The notes beneath the pieces were generated by a model. It did not search any database. It saw only the letters and a list, made by a program, of their open reading frames with translations, and was not told the origin of the DNA. DNA of 64,000 nucleotides from an uncultured delta proteobacterium (GTDB taxonomy: Bacteria > Myxococcota_A > Polyangia > Fen-1088). Location: positions 64,001 to 128,000 of the forward strand of contig CAVYGB010000002.1 of the NCBI GenBank assembly GCA_963767925.1, written 5' to 3'. Position numbers and translations under genes: made by a program. Of this stretch, positions 40,036 through 50,448 are shown piece by piece (positions within the stretch are counted from its first letter, which is position 1; the number at the start of each line of letters is the position of its first letter).

Positions 40036-41076
40036 TCACCCGCCGAGGGGCTCGCGGCGATAGCGCAACGCCATGTAGTCGCGCCAGGCGGCGTCGGGGG
40101 CGTTGGCCAGCAAGGCCGAGAGCAGCTCTTCGGTGCGCACGCCGCGAAAGCGCCCGTCGGGGACCAGCGCCCCCCAGACCCGGTGCAAGCTGCTCCCCAG
40201 GCTGCGCATCCCGGGGCTGGTGATGCGCTTGCAGAGGGCCTCGTTGGCCGCGGGCGCCATGTGGAGCGTCGACACGATGTTCGCCCCCATCTCGTGCTCG
40301 CGCTCCATCGCCGACGCCAGGAGCTGCAGCCGCATCATGTGATCGAAGGGGTCGACGAGCAGGTGGTCGAAGCCCAGCCCCCCGAGGCGGAGCTGGCAGC
40401 CCGCCGCCTTCAGCGCCGGCCCGTACGTATCCAGCCAGGCGCTGCCCCGGGCGCTGGTCGGCGCCCCCTTGCTGACCGGATAGACCTCGGTGTACTTCCA
40501 GTCGCCGAGCACGACGTGCACGCGCCCCCGGTCGTCGCGGAACCGGACGATCAGGTCGGCGCTGGTGACGTTCTTGCCCCGGGTCCGGTCGCAGTCGACC
40601 AGCGGGCGCCCGCCGGGCCCCTCGCCCAGGTAGTTGCGCTTGCCGATCCACTCGAACCCCACGAACGGCTGCGTGCCGTCGGGGAGCGTCTCGTCCAGCG
40701 TGACGGGCAACATCTCCGCCGCCTCGTAGCCGATGGCCCGCAACACCGCCACCAGCCCCTCGGGCTCGCGCACGAAGGGAAACCAGGCGTTCACGCAGGC
40801 GCTCTGCGAGCAACACAGGTGGTTGCTGGGCCCGCGCTTGGTCCCCGAGTCGATCTCCCCATCGATCCCGTCGTGCCAGGCAATGCGCCGCTCGCCAAAG
40901 TAGGTCAGCGCCTCCCGCCGGATCCCCTGCCACAGGTTCTCCGAAGACCGCCCCACCGCGAGCGCAAACTCGCGCGGCACGCCGCCGTACAGCCCCGGCG
41001 TGCAGGCCTCGGGCGAAAACAGCTTCGCCTTCAGCGACCCCTGACGTTCCTGCTCCTCATCCCGAAATCGAGACAT
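40036..41076 (-). CDS. Putative restriction-endonuclease-fold protein (PGN_0703-like)
   Basis: ENLWQGIR, NHLCCSQSACVN, FEW, TRG.NVTSAD, DWKYTE. Confidence 0.7.
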   Translation of the reverse strand: MSRFRDEEQERQGSLKAKLFSPEACTPGLYGGVPREFALAVGRSSENLWQGIRREALTYFGERRIAWHDGIDGEIDSGTKRGPSNHLCCSQSACVNAWFPFVREPEGLVAVLRAIGYEAAEMLPVTLDETLPDGTQPFVGFEWIGKRNYLGEGPGGRPLVDCDRTRGKNVTSADLIVRFRDDRGRVHVVLGDWKYTEVYPVSKGAPTSARGSAWLDTYGPALKAAGCQLRLGGLGFDHLLVDPFDHMMRLQLLASAMEREHEMGANIVSTLHMAPAANEALCKRITSPGMRSLGSSLHRVWGALVPDGRFRGVRTEELLSALLANAPDAAWRDYMALRYRREPLGG

Positions 41077-41443
41077 GGGGCAACCTCCGACGATGGCCAG
41101 CGCTCACGCGCGGTGAACATCGACAGATCACCCCCCCGGACCGAGCCGCTCGCCACCAGCGTCAGGGCGAGGAGCCCCGGTTGCGGCCGACGCCACGTCC
41201 GTGGCCTTCACGACGAGCACGCTGCCGGATGCTGCGGCCCGAACGCGGGTGACGCGAAACGGGATCGTGGGCGGCCGAGGGCGCGCTGGAGGCCGAGAGA
41301 GACCCTCGAACGCCCTGGTGCGTCAGAGGTGCTCCCTGAAGAAACTCAGAGATTCCAACTGGTTAGCGTCGCGATTCTTTTCGCGATGGTTAGTCGATCC
41401 GTCCGAGGTGCGTTCGTCGCCAGAGTGAAAGGACGAACCGAAC

Positions 41444-42013
41444 ATGCGCAACATCATCGCTCTCGCTCACATCTCTCTCGACGGCTTCATGACGGATGCC
41501 GGTGGCAACATGGACTTCCTCGTCTTCAACGACGAGCTGGCCGACCACACCTATCCGCTCATCAACACCGTCGACCTCGCGGTCTATGGACGGGTCACCT
41601 ACGCCCTGATGGAGGGCTACTGGCCCACCGCCGGCGACGCGCCCGATGCCGGCGCGCACACGAAGAGCCACGCGCGCTGGTATAGCGGCGTGAAGAAGAT
41701 CGTCGCCTCTCGCACGCTGGCGGCGCCGAAGAACCCGAACGTGCGCGTAATCGGCGATGCCGTCGTCAGCGCGCTGCGGGCCGAGAAGCAGAAGGAAGGT
41801 GGCGACATCATGATCTTCGGCAGCCCGACCCTCACGCGCGCGCTCGGGGCGGCGGATCTCGTCGACGAGTGGCGGCTCACGCTGCAGCCGGTGCTCACCG
41901 GCGGCGGATCGTCGCTGTTCGGGACACGCGAGGAGCCCGCGCGGCTCGAGCTGCGCTCGTCGAAGACGTTCGGCACGGGTGTCATCGCGCTTCACTACGT
42001 GACCAAGCGCTGA
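41444..42013 (+). CDS. Dihydrofolate reductase family (RibD C-terminal) protein
   Basis: ISLDGF, GRVTY, KKIVASRTL, IFGSPTL, LVDEWRL, ALHY. Confidence 0.93.
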   Translation: MRNIIALAHISLDGFMTDAGGNMDFLVFNDELADHTYPLINTVDLAVYGRVTYALMEGYWPTAGDAPDAGAHTKSHARWYSGVKKIVASRTLAAPKNPNVRVIGDAVVSALRAEKQKEGGDIMIFGSPTLTRALGAADLVDEWRLTLQPVLTGGGSSLFGTREEPARLELRSSKTFGTGVIALHYVTKR

Positions 42014-42043
42014 CCCGAGTATGCTCGCCACCGGAGGCACGGC

Positions 42044-42802
42044 ATGAGGCTCATGATCACGCTGGCCGCAAACTCGTGGCAGGGGGCGGACGTCGGCGCG
42101 GACTCAGTTGCGGACATCGCGGACGTAGTTGCGGACATCGCTGGGATCTCGGCTTACCTCGCGAACCAGCGCGTGAACGTGCTCGGATCGGAGCGTCTTC
42201 TCGACGAGGGCGCCACGATCTCCGAGCAGGGCGAGGCGCCGGCGGTCGTCGCGCGCGAGGTCTCTGCCCTGCGTGCGATCTGGATCGTCGACCTCCCCTC
42301 GCGGGCTGCCGCCGTGGAGCTCGCGAAGAATGCCCCCGGCGGCGCGGGCACCCTCGAGGTTCGCGAGTCGTTCACGCCGCAAGACTTCGGCGCCCCGCCG
42401 GATCCGACTCCCCCGGTGGCGCCCCCACCGCCGGTGCGCAAGCCCGAAACCCATCGGTACATCGCGCTCCTCCGCAGCGACCGCGACTCCGGCGAAGCGC
42501 CGACGCTCGAATCGACCGCGCGGATGGACGCGTACTGCGCACCCCTCGCCGCAGCCAACACGATGATCGGCGGCGAAGGCCTCAAGCCGAGCGGGAAGGG
42601 CACCCGCATCCGTCGCTCGGCCGCGCAGCGGTTCGTGATCGACGGCCCCTTCACCGAATCCAAGGAGCTCATCGGTGGCTTCATGGTCGTGCAAGTACCC
42701 ACCCTCGACGAAGCCATCGAAACCATCCGCCCCTGGCTACGCATCCACCGCGAAGGCCAGCGCGTGAGCCACACAACGATCGAGATTCGCCGCCTATCGT
42801 GA
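42044..42802 (+). CDS. Tandem YciI-domain protein
   Basis: GGEGLKPS, IDGPFTESKELIGGF, IEIRR; degenerate first copy ending LEVRE. Confidence 0.82.
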   Translation: MRLMITLAANSWQGADVGADSVADIADVVADIAGISAYLANQRVNVLGSERLLDEGATISEQGEAPAVVAREVSALRAIWIVDLPSRAAAVELAKNAPGGAGTLEVRESFTPQDFGAPPDPTPPVAPPPPVRKPETHRYIALLRSDRDSGEAPTLESTARMDAYCAPLAAANTMIGGEGLKPSGKGTRIRRSAAQRFVIDGPFTESKELIGGFMVVQVPTLDEAIETIRPWLRIHREGQRVSHTTIEIRRLS

Positions 42803-42912
42803 CCACCCTTCCCGGCTTCGACCGGGGGTGTTCGCCGGTCGACTCCAGGAGAGTCGCTGGCCGGTACGCCGGCCTCCCGTCAGCGCGTCGCGCTACCTCG
42901 GCGCGCCCGATC

Positions 42913-43000
42913 TATGTAAATAATCGTAATTACTCTGTAATTTTCTATTAGCTGATTCGCTAACTTATAGGTGGCCGATATTGAGCGAAGGCGCTAAGTA
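42913..43000 (+). promoter_or_regulatory. AT-rich promoter region with TTAGC-N6-GCTAA inverted repeats (candidate ArsR operator)
   Basis: Perfect copy 42948-42963, imperfect copy 42982-42997, upstream of an operon containing an ArsR gene. Confidence 0.55.
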
Positions 43001-43029
43001 TTCGGGACCATCTAACGGGAGGCCATCAC

Positions 43030-43374
43030 ATGAGCGATCAACATCAGCACGCCAGGGTGCGGGCGAATCCGCAGGCGCCGGTCACGAACATCGTCACGTA
43101 CGTTCCGAAGAAGGGGAAAGAGGCCGAGTTGCTCGAGCTCGTGAAGAAGCACGAGCCGGCGTTGCGCAAGGTCGGGCTCGTCACCAGCGAGCCGTTTCGG
43201 CTGTGGAAGGCGTATGACATCCGCAAGCAGCGGGTGCAGTTCATCGAGCAGTTCGTGTGGAAGGACGGGAACTCCAGCGATGTGGCTCATCAAACGCCGG
43301 AGGTCATGGCGGTGTGGGAGCCGATGGGGCCGGTGCTGGAGGAGCTGACGATCTGCGAGGTGGAGCCGGTCTGA
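43030..43374 (+). CDS. Small dimeric alpha/beta-barrel-like (ABM-type) protein
   Basis: GGAGG RBS; YVPKKGKEAEL, FIEQFVW, PEVMAVWEPM. Confidence 0.75.
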   Translation: MSDQHQHARVRANPQAPVTNIVTYVPKKGKEAELLELVKKHEPALRKVGLVTSEPFRLWKAYDIRKQRVQFIEQFVWKDGNSSDVAHQTPEVMAVWEPMGPVLEELTICEVEPV

Positions 43375-43691
43375 GTCAGGATCCGGCGGAGAAGCTGGCG
43401 GCGCTCGACGCCGTTGTCACCGCGCTGGCGCACCCGGCGCGGCGACAGATCCTCTTGACCATTCATTTTCGCGGCGAGGCTACCGCCGGGGAGATCGCGG
43501 GCCGCTTCGCGCACAAGTGGCCGACGACGACCCGGCACTTGCGCGTGCTCGAGGGCGCTGGCCTCGTGCGACAGGCGCGGCGCGGGCGGACCCGCGTGTA
43601 TACCGTCGACAAGACGCGGCTCGCGCTCGTCAGCGAATGGCTGGGCTGGTTCGAGTCTCCTCCGGTGAGCGGCGGAGAATCACCAGCGTAG
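43371..43691 (+). CDS. ArsR/SmtB family regulator, probable CTG start
   Basis: ALAHPARRQIL, AGEIAGRF, TTTRHLRVLEGAGLV, GRTRVY. Confidence 0.85.
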   Translation: MSQDPAEKLAALDAVVTALAHPARRQILLTIHFRGEATAGEIAGRFAHKWPTTTRHLRVLEGAGLVRQARRGRTRVYTVDKTRLALVSEWLGWFESPPVSGGESPA

Positions 43692-43943
43692 GTCGTCGAC
43701 GACCGCGGCAGGTGCCGATGTGGCTCACGGGATCGGAGGGTCTCTGAGCAAGCGCGCCCGAGAAGATTGGGAAGCCGCTAACCCTCGGCTCGTTGGCGAC
43801 CATGACCAGCGGGGCTCGGGTGTCGTCCCCCGGCTCGGAGCTGAATGTGGCCCGGCACCGCGCCGGGCGACGCGAAGCCGTTGGACGCGCCCTCGCTGTT
43901 GGTCCTCGAGGTGAAAGCCGGTCTCGTGGCGCGCAGTGCGGCC

Positions 43944-44528
43944 TCAGAATTCCCAGTCGGTGCTGGCTTGCTTGCAGACGGGGCCGCACTCGGGGCCGTT
44001 GGGGTAGGCGGGGGCGTAGGTGGGAGCGATCTCCTGGTCGAGGTATTTGCCGCCGGCGATGGTGCGCTGGGTGACGCGGACCTGGGGGGAGGTGCCGGGG
44101 ATGTGGAGGCGCTCCTCGAACTTGCCGGGGACCGGCGTGCAGGTCTGCGAGGCGGCGTTCCCGCTGGTCATCGTCGTGCATTCCATGACCGGCGCCACCG
44201 TCAAGAACAGCCCGTCGCCGCTGTTGCAGGCGCCGCTCTCGACGGCGCCGGGGCCGCCGGCGATCGGGAAGTTGAAGGTACACCGGCGCACCGGGCTGCC
44301 CTCGGCGGCGATCACCACCTCGTGCATGCCGGAGGGGAAGACGCCGGCCCGCGGGCGGATGGTGACGTTGAGCTGGTCCGAGCAGCCTATCTCGGTGCAG
44401 GCTCGCGGCGGGTCGCCTCCCGGGGCGTGGTTGCGGATGTTCTCGACGACATCTTCGAGGAGCTCGCAGCCGCCAAGGGCAGACGGGGCGACCACGACGA
44501 GACAGACCAGGAGCCAGCGACGCTTCAT
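43944..44528 (-). CDS. Cys-rich lipoprotein
   Basis: GGAGG RBS, LGGC lipobox, ACTEIGC, PNGPECGPVC. Confidence 0.8.
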   Translation of the reverse strand: MKRRWLLVCLVVVAPSALGGCELLEDVVENIRNHAPGGDPPRACTEIGCSDQLNVTIRPRAGVFPSGMHEVVIAAEGSPVRRCTFNFPIAGGPGAVESGACNSGDGLFLTVAPVMECTTMTSGNAASQTCTPVPGKFEERLHIPGTSPQVRVTQRTIAGGKYLDQEIAPTYAPAYPNGPECGPVCKQASTDWEF

Positions 44529-44868
44529 GTGAACCAACCTCCGAGGCCCGACGGGAGAGCAACGGGCGTGCCGGACTCCGGGAGGGCAGACCCACCGGAT
44601 CCGGCGCGACCCGAGGTCGAGCTCCGTGGGGCGCATCCGCTGGATCTTCCTGGCCATCGCCGCCCACCGGTCGGGGCGCGCGCCGGCGACGGCCGGACGA
44701 CCGTCCGCCGGACCCGGACGTTCACGCCCTGCACCCTCAGAATCCTGAAGGCCGCCGCACCCGGTCACCGTCGACCATCCCCCCGACGCCCGCCCCCCTT
44801 GGGCCCGACCGCCGGGGCTCGCGCCGCGCGGCCGGATCGGCGTACGCTCCCTGCTGGAGGCGCTCCCC

Positions 44869-45282
44869 TTGACCGATGACCCCCAGGTCCCGCCCGAGAT
44901 CGTCGCGAAGGTCGGACTGGTTTGCCTCGGGCTGCCGGAGGCCTACGAGGAGGCGGCCTGGGCGGGCACCCGCTGGTGCGTGCGCAAGCATAACTTCGCC
45001 CACCTGCTCATGGTCGACGGCGGCTGGCCGCCCGCCTACGCGCGCGCCGCAGGGACGGCCGGGCCCGCGGTCGTGTTGACCTTTCGCTTGCCGCCGGCCC
45101 GGCTGGCCGCGCCCCGCTTCACCCGCCCGCCCTTCTTCCGGCCGGTCTGGTTCCCCAACATCGCCGGCCTCATCATCGACGATCGAACCGACTGGGACGA
45201 GGTTGACGATCTGCTGGTCCAGAGCTACTGCGTCCTGGCCCCGAAGAAGCTCGCCGAGCACGTCGACCGTCCCGCCGGCTGA
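44869..45282 (+). CDS. MmcQ/YjbR family protein
   Basis: GGAGG RBS + TTG; CLGLPEAYEE, DWDEVDDLLVQSYCVLAPKKL. Confidence 0.85.
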   Translation: MTDDPQVPPEIVAKVGLVCLGLPEAYEEAAWAGTRWCVRKHNFAHLLMVDGGWPPAYARAAGTAGPAVVLTFRLPPARLAAPRFTRPPFFRPVWFPNIAGLIIDDRTDWDEVDDLLVQSYCVLAPKKLAEHVDRPAG

Positions 45283-45390
45283 CCGCCGGCCCGCTCCGGC
45301 GGCGTGGCATGATGCCCGCCATGACGAACCTCCGGTCCCGCTGGCGGCTGTCCATCTGCAATTTGCCGCTGGCGCTGACCGTGATCAGGA

Positions 45391-45873
45391 GTGAAGCTCG
45401 ACCGAGCAGCTCGTGCGCACGTTGATCGACGTGGCCAGCAAGGACGGAAACTTCCTGCTCAACGTGGGCCCCACCGGCGAGGGCTGATCCCCGGCCCCTC
45501 GGTCGACCGGCTGGCCGAGGTGGGGCGCTGGATGAGAAGCAACGGAGAGGCCATCACCGGCAACACCCGCTGCCCGCTGGACCGGCCCACCTGGGGCCGC
45601 TGCACCGCCCGGCGCGCCGGCGCCGGCCCCGCCCGCCCCTACTTCCACGTATTCGACTGGCCCGCCGACGGCAAGCTGACCCTCCCAGCCCTGCCCGCCG
45701 GCGACGAGGTGATCACGGCCCGGCTGCTCGCCGCCAACAAGCGGCTGCTGATGATCCAGAGCCGGCGGCGCCCGGGGCCGCGCCGGTGCTGCAGGTGCCC
45801 GCCAGCGCGCCCGATCCGCTGTCGACGACGGTTGTCGTCACCGTGCGCAGCCCGCGACGCCCGGCCCCACTGA
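45391..45873 (+). pseudogene. C-terminal remnant of a GH29 alpha-L-fucosidase
   Basis: EQLVRTLIDVASKDGNFLLNVGPTGEG / frameshift near 45481 / LIPGPSVDRLAEVGRWMRSNGEAI...YFHVFDWP; no N-terminal part. Confidence 0.78.
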
Positions 45874-45926
45874 AGCCCGTGCACATCGGCGCTTCGGCGA
45901 AGACCGCGCCGGGGTAAAAGCAGGAC

Positions 45927-46571
45927 ATGACCACCGGTTCCGATTCCAGCCCCGACCCCAGCGCGCTGCGCGACGCCGCCGCCGTGGCGGACGTCGTCTC
46001 GGAGCTCGGCCTCCTGTTTCTCTCCGATCCCAGGCGCCGCAACGCCATCGAGGTCCTGACCGGGCAGAACCCCCGCGGCTCCTGGTGGACACACCCGCGG
46101 GCCAACGACATCTACGCGATCTTGCAGACGGTGGAGGACCACCCCGACGTGCTCACGGCCAAGCTGCTGGCCGGCAAGGTCACCCTGGTCCACCGCGCCC
46201 TCTGGCCCAGCCTGCTCACGGTGGTGACCGCGCGCGAGCCCTGGCAGACCGAGGGCCTCACCGCGGTCGCCGCCCAGTGGCTCGTGAAGCTCGACGAGGC
46301 GGCCGCCGCCGGCGCCGGCGCGCCCGTGCCCCCGGTGAGCCGGACCGTCAGCAAGGAGATGGAGGCCCGCCTGCTCGCCTTCTCCGAGAGCGTCCACACC
46401 GACAGCGGCAAACACGAGACCCGCCTGCACCACTGGCGCGACTGGGCCACCCGGTCCGAACAACCCTGGCCCCCCGACCACACCCCGGCCGCCGTCGCCG
46501 CCGCCCGGCAAGCCCTCGAGGCCGCCGCCACCCGCCTCGGCTCCCCACCCCCCGCCCTCCCCTGGGCCTGA
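45927..46571 (+). CDS. Hypothetical protein, possibly winged-helix
   Basis: RGSWWTHP, KLLAGKVTLVHRALW, HTDSGKH; coding-like bias. Confidence 0.72.
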   Translation: MTTGSDSSPDPSALRDAAAVADVVSELGLLFLSDPRRRNAIEVLTGQNPRGSWWTHPRANDIYAILQTVEDHPDVLTAKLLAGKVTLVHRALWPSLLTVVTAREPWQTEGLTAVAAQWLVKLDEAAAAGAGAPVPPVSRTVSKEMEARLLAFSESVHTDSGKHETRLHHWRDWATRSEQPWPPDHTPAAVAAARQALEAAATRLGSPPPALPWA

Positions 46572-46598
46572 ACCCGCGCGCGCAAGCGCGCCGCGGGG

Positions 46599-48302
46599 TC
46601 ATCGGGTTGCAGCGGTGAGGTCGTAGACGAAGAGGGTGCCGCCGAGCTGGGCGCGGGGGCGGCGCTGTCGGAGCGTCTGGTAGAGGGGCTCGTGGGGGCC
46701 GCGCGCGGTCAGGCGGCTCTGGCTGACCACGAGGACGCCGGTGAGCTGGGCGAGGGCCACCGGGTCGGTGGGGAGCGGGCGGTAGGGCAGGCCCCAGCTA
46801 TGCGGGTCGATGCCGCCGAAGTAGTCGAGGTAGGGGGCCTCGATCTGGTTGTCGGCGAGGTAGCGGGTCAGGGCGGGCAGGTCCTGGCCCCAGTCGATCG
46901 ACGAGTTGTTGAGGTAACGCCAGCCGCCGGCGGTGGCGCCGGCCAGCTCGTTGAAGTGGGCGTGCACGTGGGGGTAGGACCGGGCGGTGCCGAGGGCCTG
47001 CCAGGCCAGCAGCGCGACGGCGACGGCGGTGGGGATCCGCCGCCCGGCGATGGCCGGGCCGAGGGCGCCGATCAGGATCGCGAGCAGCGGGATCATCGGC
47101 AGCAGGTAGCGAATCCCGATGTTGATGGTCAGCAACATGCAGGTGCCCAGCCACAGCAGGGCCGGCAGGATGAGCAGCACCAGCTCGCCGGCGGGCGGGG
47201 GCGCGCCTTCGGGGCGGCGCCGGAGGACGACGGCGGCCCAGCCGAGCAGGGCGAAGAAGGCGAGCGGGGTCTTCACCGCCAGGGCCAGGGGGAAGTAGTA
47301 CCACCAGCCGTCGGGCGAGTTGTCGCCGAACAGGAACTGGTGGTTGTAGCCGCCCGTCCAGGTGCTCTGGTTGGCGGCGTGGAAGCTCTGCAGGGCGAAG
47401 CCTTTGAAGAAGCTGTAGGCGGGGATGCCCAGCTCGCGCAGCCAGGCGGGGACCCCGGTGATGGCCGCCCGCGCGGCGGTGGCGCGCGGGTGCAAGGCCA
47501 GCTCGCGATCGCCGGCCAGGCTCGCCACCTCGAAGCCGTAGACCGCCCAGATGAACAGGGCGCTGGCCAGGGCCACGATGGCGGCGTCGCGCAGGGCCCG
47601 CCCGAGCGGCGGCGTGGGCGGGGCCGCTGCCGCCGCGGCCGCCGCGCGCCGATCGAGGAAGCGCTGGCCGAGGTAAAGGGCGGCGCAGATCGGGACCAGC
47701 AAGATGGCGCTGAACTTGGTGGCCTGGGCGGCCGCGAAGCAGAGGGCGAACAGGGCCAGGGTGCGGCCCGACGGCGCGCGCAGGTAGCGGCTGAAGGTGG
47801 CGAGGGCCAGGACGAAGGTCAGGGCGCAGGCGACGTCGTTGCCCGCGATGGGGGCGTCGGCCAGCAGCAACGGGCAGAGGGCCAGCGCGGCCAGGGTCAG
47901 CAGGGCGCCTTCCCTTCCCCACAGCCGGCGCGACCACACGAACGACACCACCAGCAGGGCCAGGGAGAACAGCACCGCCACCGCCCGGGTCGAGCCGAGC
48001 AGCCGCGCGCGGGGGAGGCGGTTTTCCAGCAGGAACCGCTGCAGCACCTCGCCGGTCGGGGGCTCGACGATCGGATCGGCCCCCTGGGCCAGCAGCGGCA
48101 CGGCCAGGGCCAGCTTGGCCAGCGGGGGGTGGGTCTGATCGATCGAGTCGCCGGTGAGCCACAGCCGGTAGCCGGCGGCGATGTGGATCGGCTCGTCAGC
48201 GGCCGGCGAGTGCCCGGGGATCTGCCCGACCGCCAGGGCCACGTGCAACGCCAGCAACAGGCCGACCCCGGCGGGGTACGCGTGCTGCGCCCAACGTTTC
48301 AT
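46599..48302 (-). CDS. ArnT/GT39-like membrane glycosyltransferase
   Basis: ADEPIHIAAG, HPPLAK, TKFSA, GWWYYFP, IGIRYLLP, DWGQDL. Confidence 0.88.
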   Translation of the reverse strand: MKRWAQHAYPAGVGLLLALHVALAVGQIPGHSPAADEPIHIAAGYRLWLTGDSIDQTHPPLAKLALAVPLLAQGADPIVEPPTGEVLQRFLLENRLPRARLLGSTRAVAVLFSLALLVVSFVWSRRLWGREGALLTLAALALCPLLLADAPIAGNDVACALTFVLALATFSRYLRAPSGRTLALFALCFAAAQATKFSAILLVPICAALYLGQRFLDRRAAAAAAAAPPTPPLGRALRDAAIVALASALFIWAVYGFEVASLAGDRELALHPRATAARAAITGVPAWLRELGIPAYSFFKGFALQSFHAANQSTWTGGYNHQFLFGDNSPDGWWYYFPLALAVKTPLAFFALLGWAAVVLRRRPEGAPPPAGELVLLILPALLWLGTCMLLTINIGIRYLLPMIPLLAILIGALGPAIAGRRIPTAVAVALLAWQALGTARSYPHVHAHFNELAGATAGGWRYLNNSSIDWGQDLPALTRYLADNQIEAPYLDYFGGIDPHSWGLPYRPLPTDPVALAQLTGVLVVSQSRLTARGPHEPLYQTLRQRRPRAQLGGTLFVYDLTAATR

Positions 48303-48327
48303 CGGCGACAAGGTACCCGACTTGCCC

Positions 48328-48401
48328 GCCCTTTCGCCAGGTGGCGCCAGTCGGCCCGAGCGAAGCGAGGGAACCCGACTGCTTCGAAAACAGTCCCTGG
48401 C
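48328..48401. repeat. Dispersed repeat family B, copy 2 (inverted)
   Basis: CCCGAGCGAAGCGAGGGAACCCG...CTTCGAAAACA, directly after the ABC gene stop. Confidence 0.78.
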
Positions 48402-48406
48402 CTCCC

Positions 48407-50225
48407 TCAGGCCCGGGCCATCGAGAACTGGCGCTCGACCAGGCGGCGGTAGGGGCCGTCTTCGGTCATCAGGCGGTCGTGGGGGCCGTCCTGCACGATC
48501 TCGCCGCCGTCGATGCACCAGGACGCGGTCGGCGTCGACCACGGTCGACAGGCGGTGGGCGATGATCAGGGTGGTGCGGCCGCGCATGAGGCGCTCGAGC
48601 GCCTCCTTGACCAGGTGCTCGCTCTCGGCGTCGAGCGCGCTGGTGGCCTCGTCGAGCACCAGCAGGCGCGGATCCTTCAGCACGGCGCGGGCGATGGCCA
48701 CCCGCTGCTTCTGGCCGCCCGAGAGCTGCACGCCGCGCTCGCCCACCAGGGTGTCGTAGCCCCCGGGCAGCGACAGGATGAAGCCGTGGGCGTTGGCCGC
48801 GCGCGGCGGCGGCCTCCACCTCGGCGCGCGAGGCGCCCGGGCGGCCGTAGCGGATGTTCTCGGCGATGGAGGTCGAGAACAGCACCGGCTCCTGCGCCAC
48901 CGTGCCCGATCTGGCGCCGCAGCCAGCCCGGATCCAGCGTGCGCACGTCGTGCCCGTCGAACAGGACGCGCCCGCCTTGAGGATCGTAGAAGCGCGGGAT
49001 CAAGCGCGGCGATCGTCGACTTGCCCGCGCCCGACGGGCCCACCACCGCCACCACCTCGCCGGGCGCCAGGGTCAGCCGCAGGTTGCGCAGCACCTCGAC
49101 CCCGGGGCGGGTGGGATAGGCGAAGCGCACGTTCACCAGGTCGACCCGCCCCTCGGCCCGGGCCGGCACCAGTCCCCCGCTGGCCGGCATGGCGGGCACG
49201 CGGTCGAGCAGCTCGAACACCCGGTCGGCGGCCCCGGTGGCGCGCATGAACTCGGTCCACAGGTCGGCCAGGCTGCCGAGGGCGAAGGCGACGATGAGCG
49301 TGTAGACCAGGAACGAGGTCAGCGCGCCGATGCTCAGATCGCCGTGGGACACCATGCGGCCGCCGTACCAGAACACCAGCACCGCCGAGCCGCAGGCCAC
49401 GAAGGATGCTACCCCCATGAAGGTGGCGCCGGCGTGCACGCGCTTGCGGGCCAGGCGAAAGACCCGGTCCATGGCCCGGCCGTAGCGGTCGGCCTCGTTC
49501 TTCTCGGCGTCGAACGAGCGCACCGTGCGCAGCCCGGCGATGGTCTCCTCGGCGATCTCGCCGGCCCCCGCCAGCTCGTCCTGCACGTCGCGGGCGTAGC
49601 GCCGCACGAGGCGGCCGTAGGACATCCCCGCCAGCAACACGGCCGGCAGCGCCGCCAGCATCAGCGCGGTCAGCAGCGGCGCCGTGTAGAACAGGAAGGT
49701 GATCCCGCCGAGGGCCTGGGCGGCGTGGCGGAGCGCGTGCGAGACGTTGTTGCTGACCGCGCTCTGCAGGACGCCGGTGTCCGAGGCCAGCCGGCTGGTC
49801 AGCTCGCCCGTGCGCCGGACGTCGAAGAAGGCGACCTCCTGCTCGACGATGGTGCGGTACAGGCGGTCGCGCAGCCGCGCCACGACCCGCTCGCCCGCCA
49901 CCGCGAACAGCACGTGGCGCAGGGCCGTGGCCGCGGCGAACACCAGCGAGACGATGCCCATGAACAGGGCGATGCGGTCGGTGCTGGGGGCGTCCTTGCC
50001 GGTCAGGGCGCCGTCGATCACCGCCCGGATCCCCTGCGGGTAGAGCAGGCTGGCCCCGCTGGCCAGCACCAGGAACAGGCTGCCGAGGAGCAGCCGGCGC
50101 CACTCGGGCCGCACCAGGGCCCCCATCCGCCTCAGCGAGGACGGAGCGGGCCGGGTCGCTCCCGGGACCGGGACCTCGGGTGGGTCAGGGGGGTCGGCCA
50201 GAGCGGCCGGCAGGGCTTGCGACAC
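48407..50225 (-). CDS. ABC exporter (permease + ATPase) with about four frameshifts
   Basis: [48 protein letters not shown] in different frames; shifts near 49003, 48905, 48803, 48516. Confidence 0.9.
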
Positions 50226-50448
50226 GGCGTGACCTCTCAACCTTGACCGACCCCGCCGCCCCCCGCCACGGCGCGCCCCGTTGCGTCCCCCGGCGGCCAA
50301 AAGCGCGTCCTGGGCGGAAAATCCCACCGCTCAGCGTATTGCCGGGCGCCTTTGCGTGCATGTAATATCGGCCCTCGATGTTTCCGCCCGCCGCGCGCCT
50401 TCCGGGCCAGGCGGTTGCGCAACGCCCGTGGCGAATGGCAGGTGCACC

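Noticed and set aside
12916..41685. Very long Arg/Pro/Gly-rich ORFs (12916-16179, 17965-20919, 30402-33488, 38572-41685)
   Set aside because: Antisense or off-frame shadows of real genes, expected in very GC-rich DNA; only 32832-33488 looks coding.
48407..49010. Programmed frameshifting or true pseudogene in the ABC exporter
   Set aside because: About four single-base indels within 500 bp while all motifs remain intact; similar indels near 19960, 20190-21300, 55655 and 63506 point to sequencing error. Needs read polishing to confirm.
46599..50327. 1242-aa ABC transporter-glycosyltransferase fusion
   Set aside because: Artefact of frameshifts; the ABC gene has its own stop at 48407 and a repeat element separates the genes.
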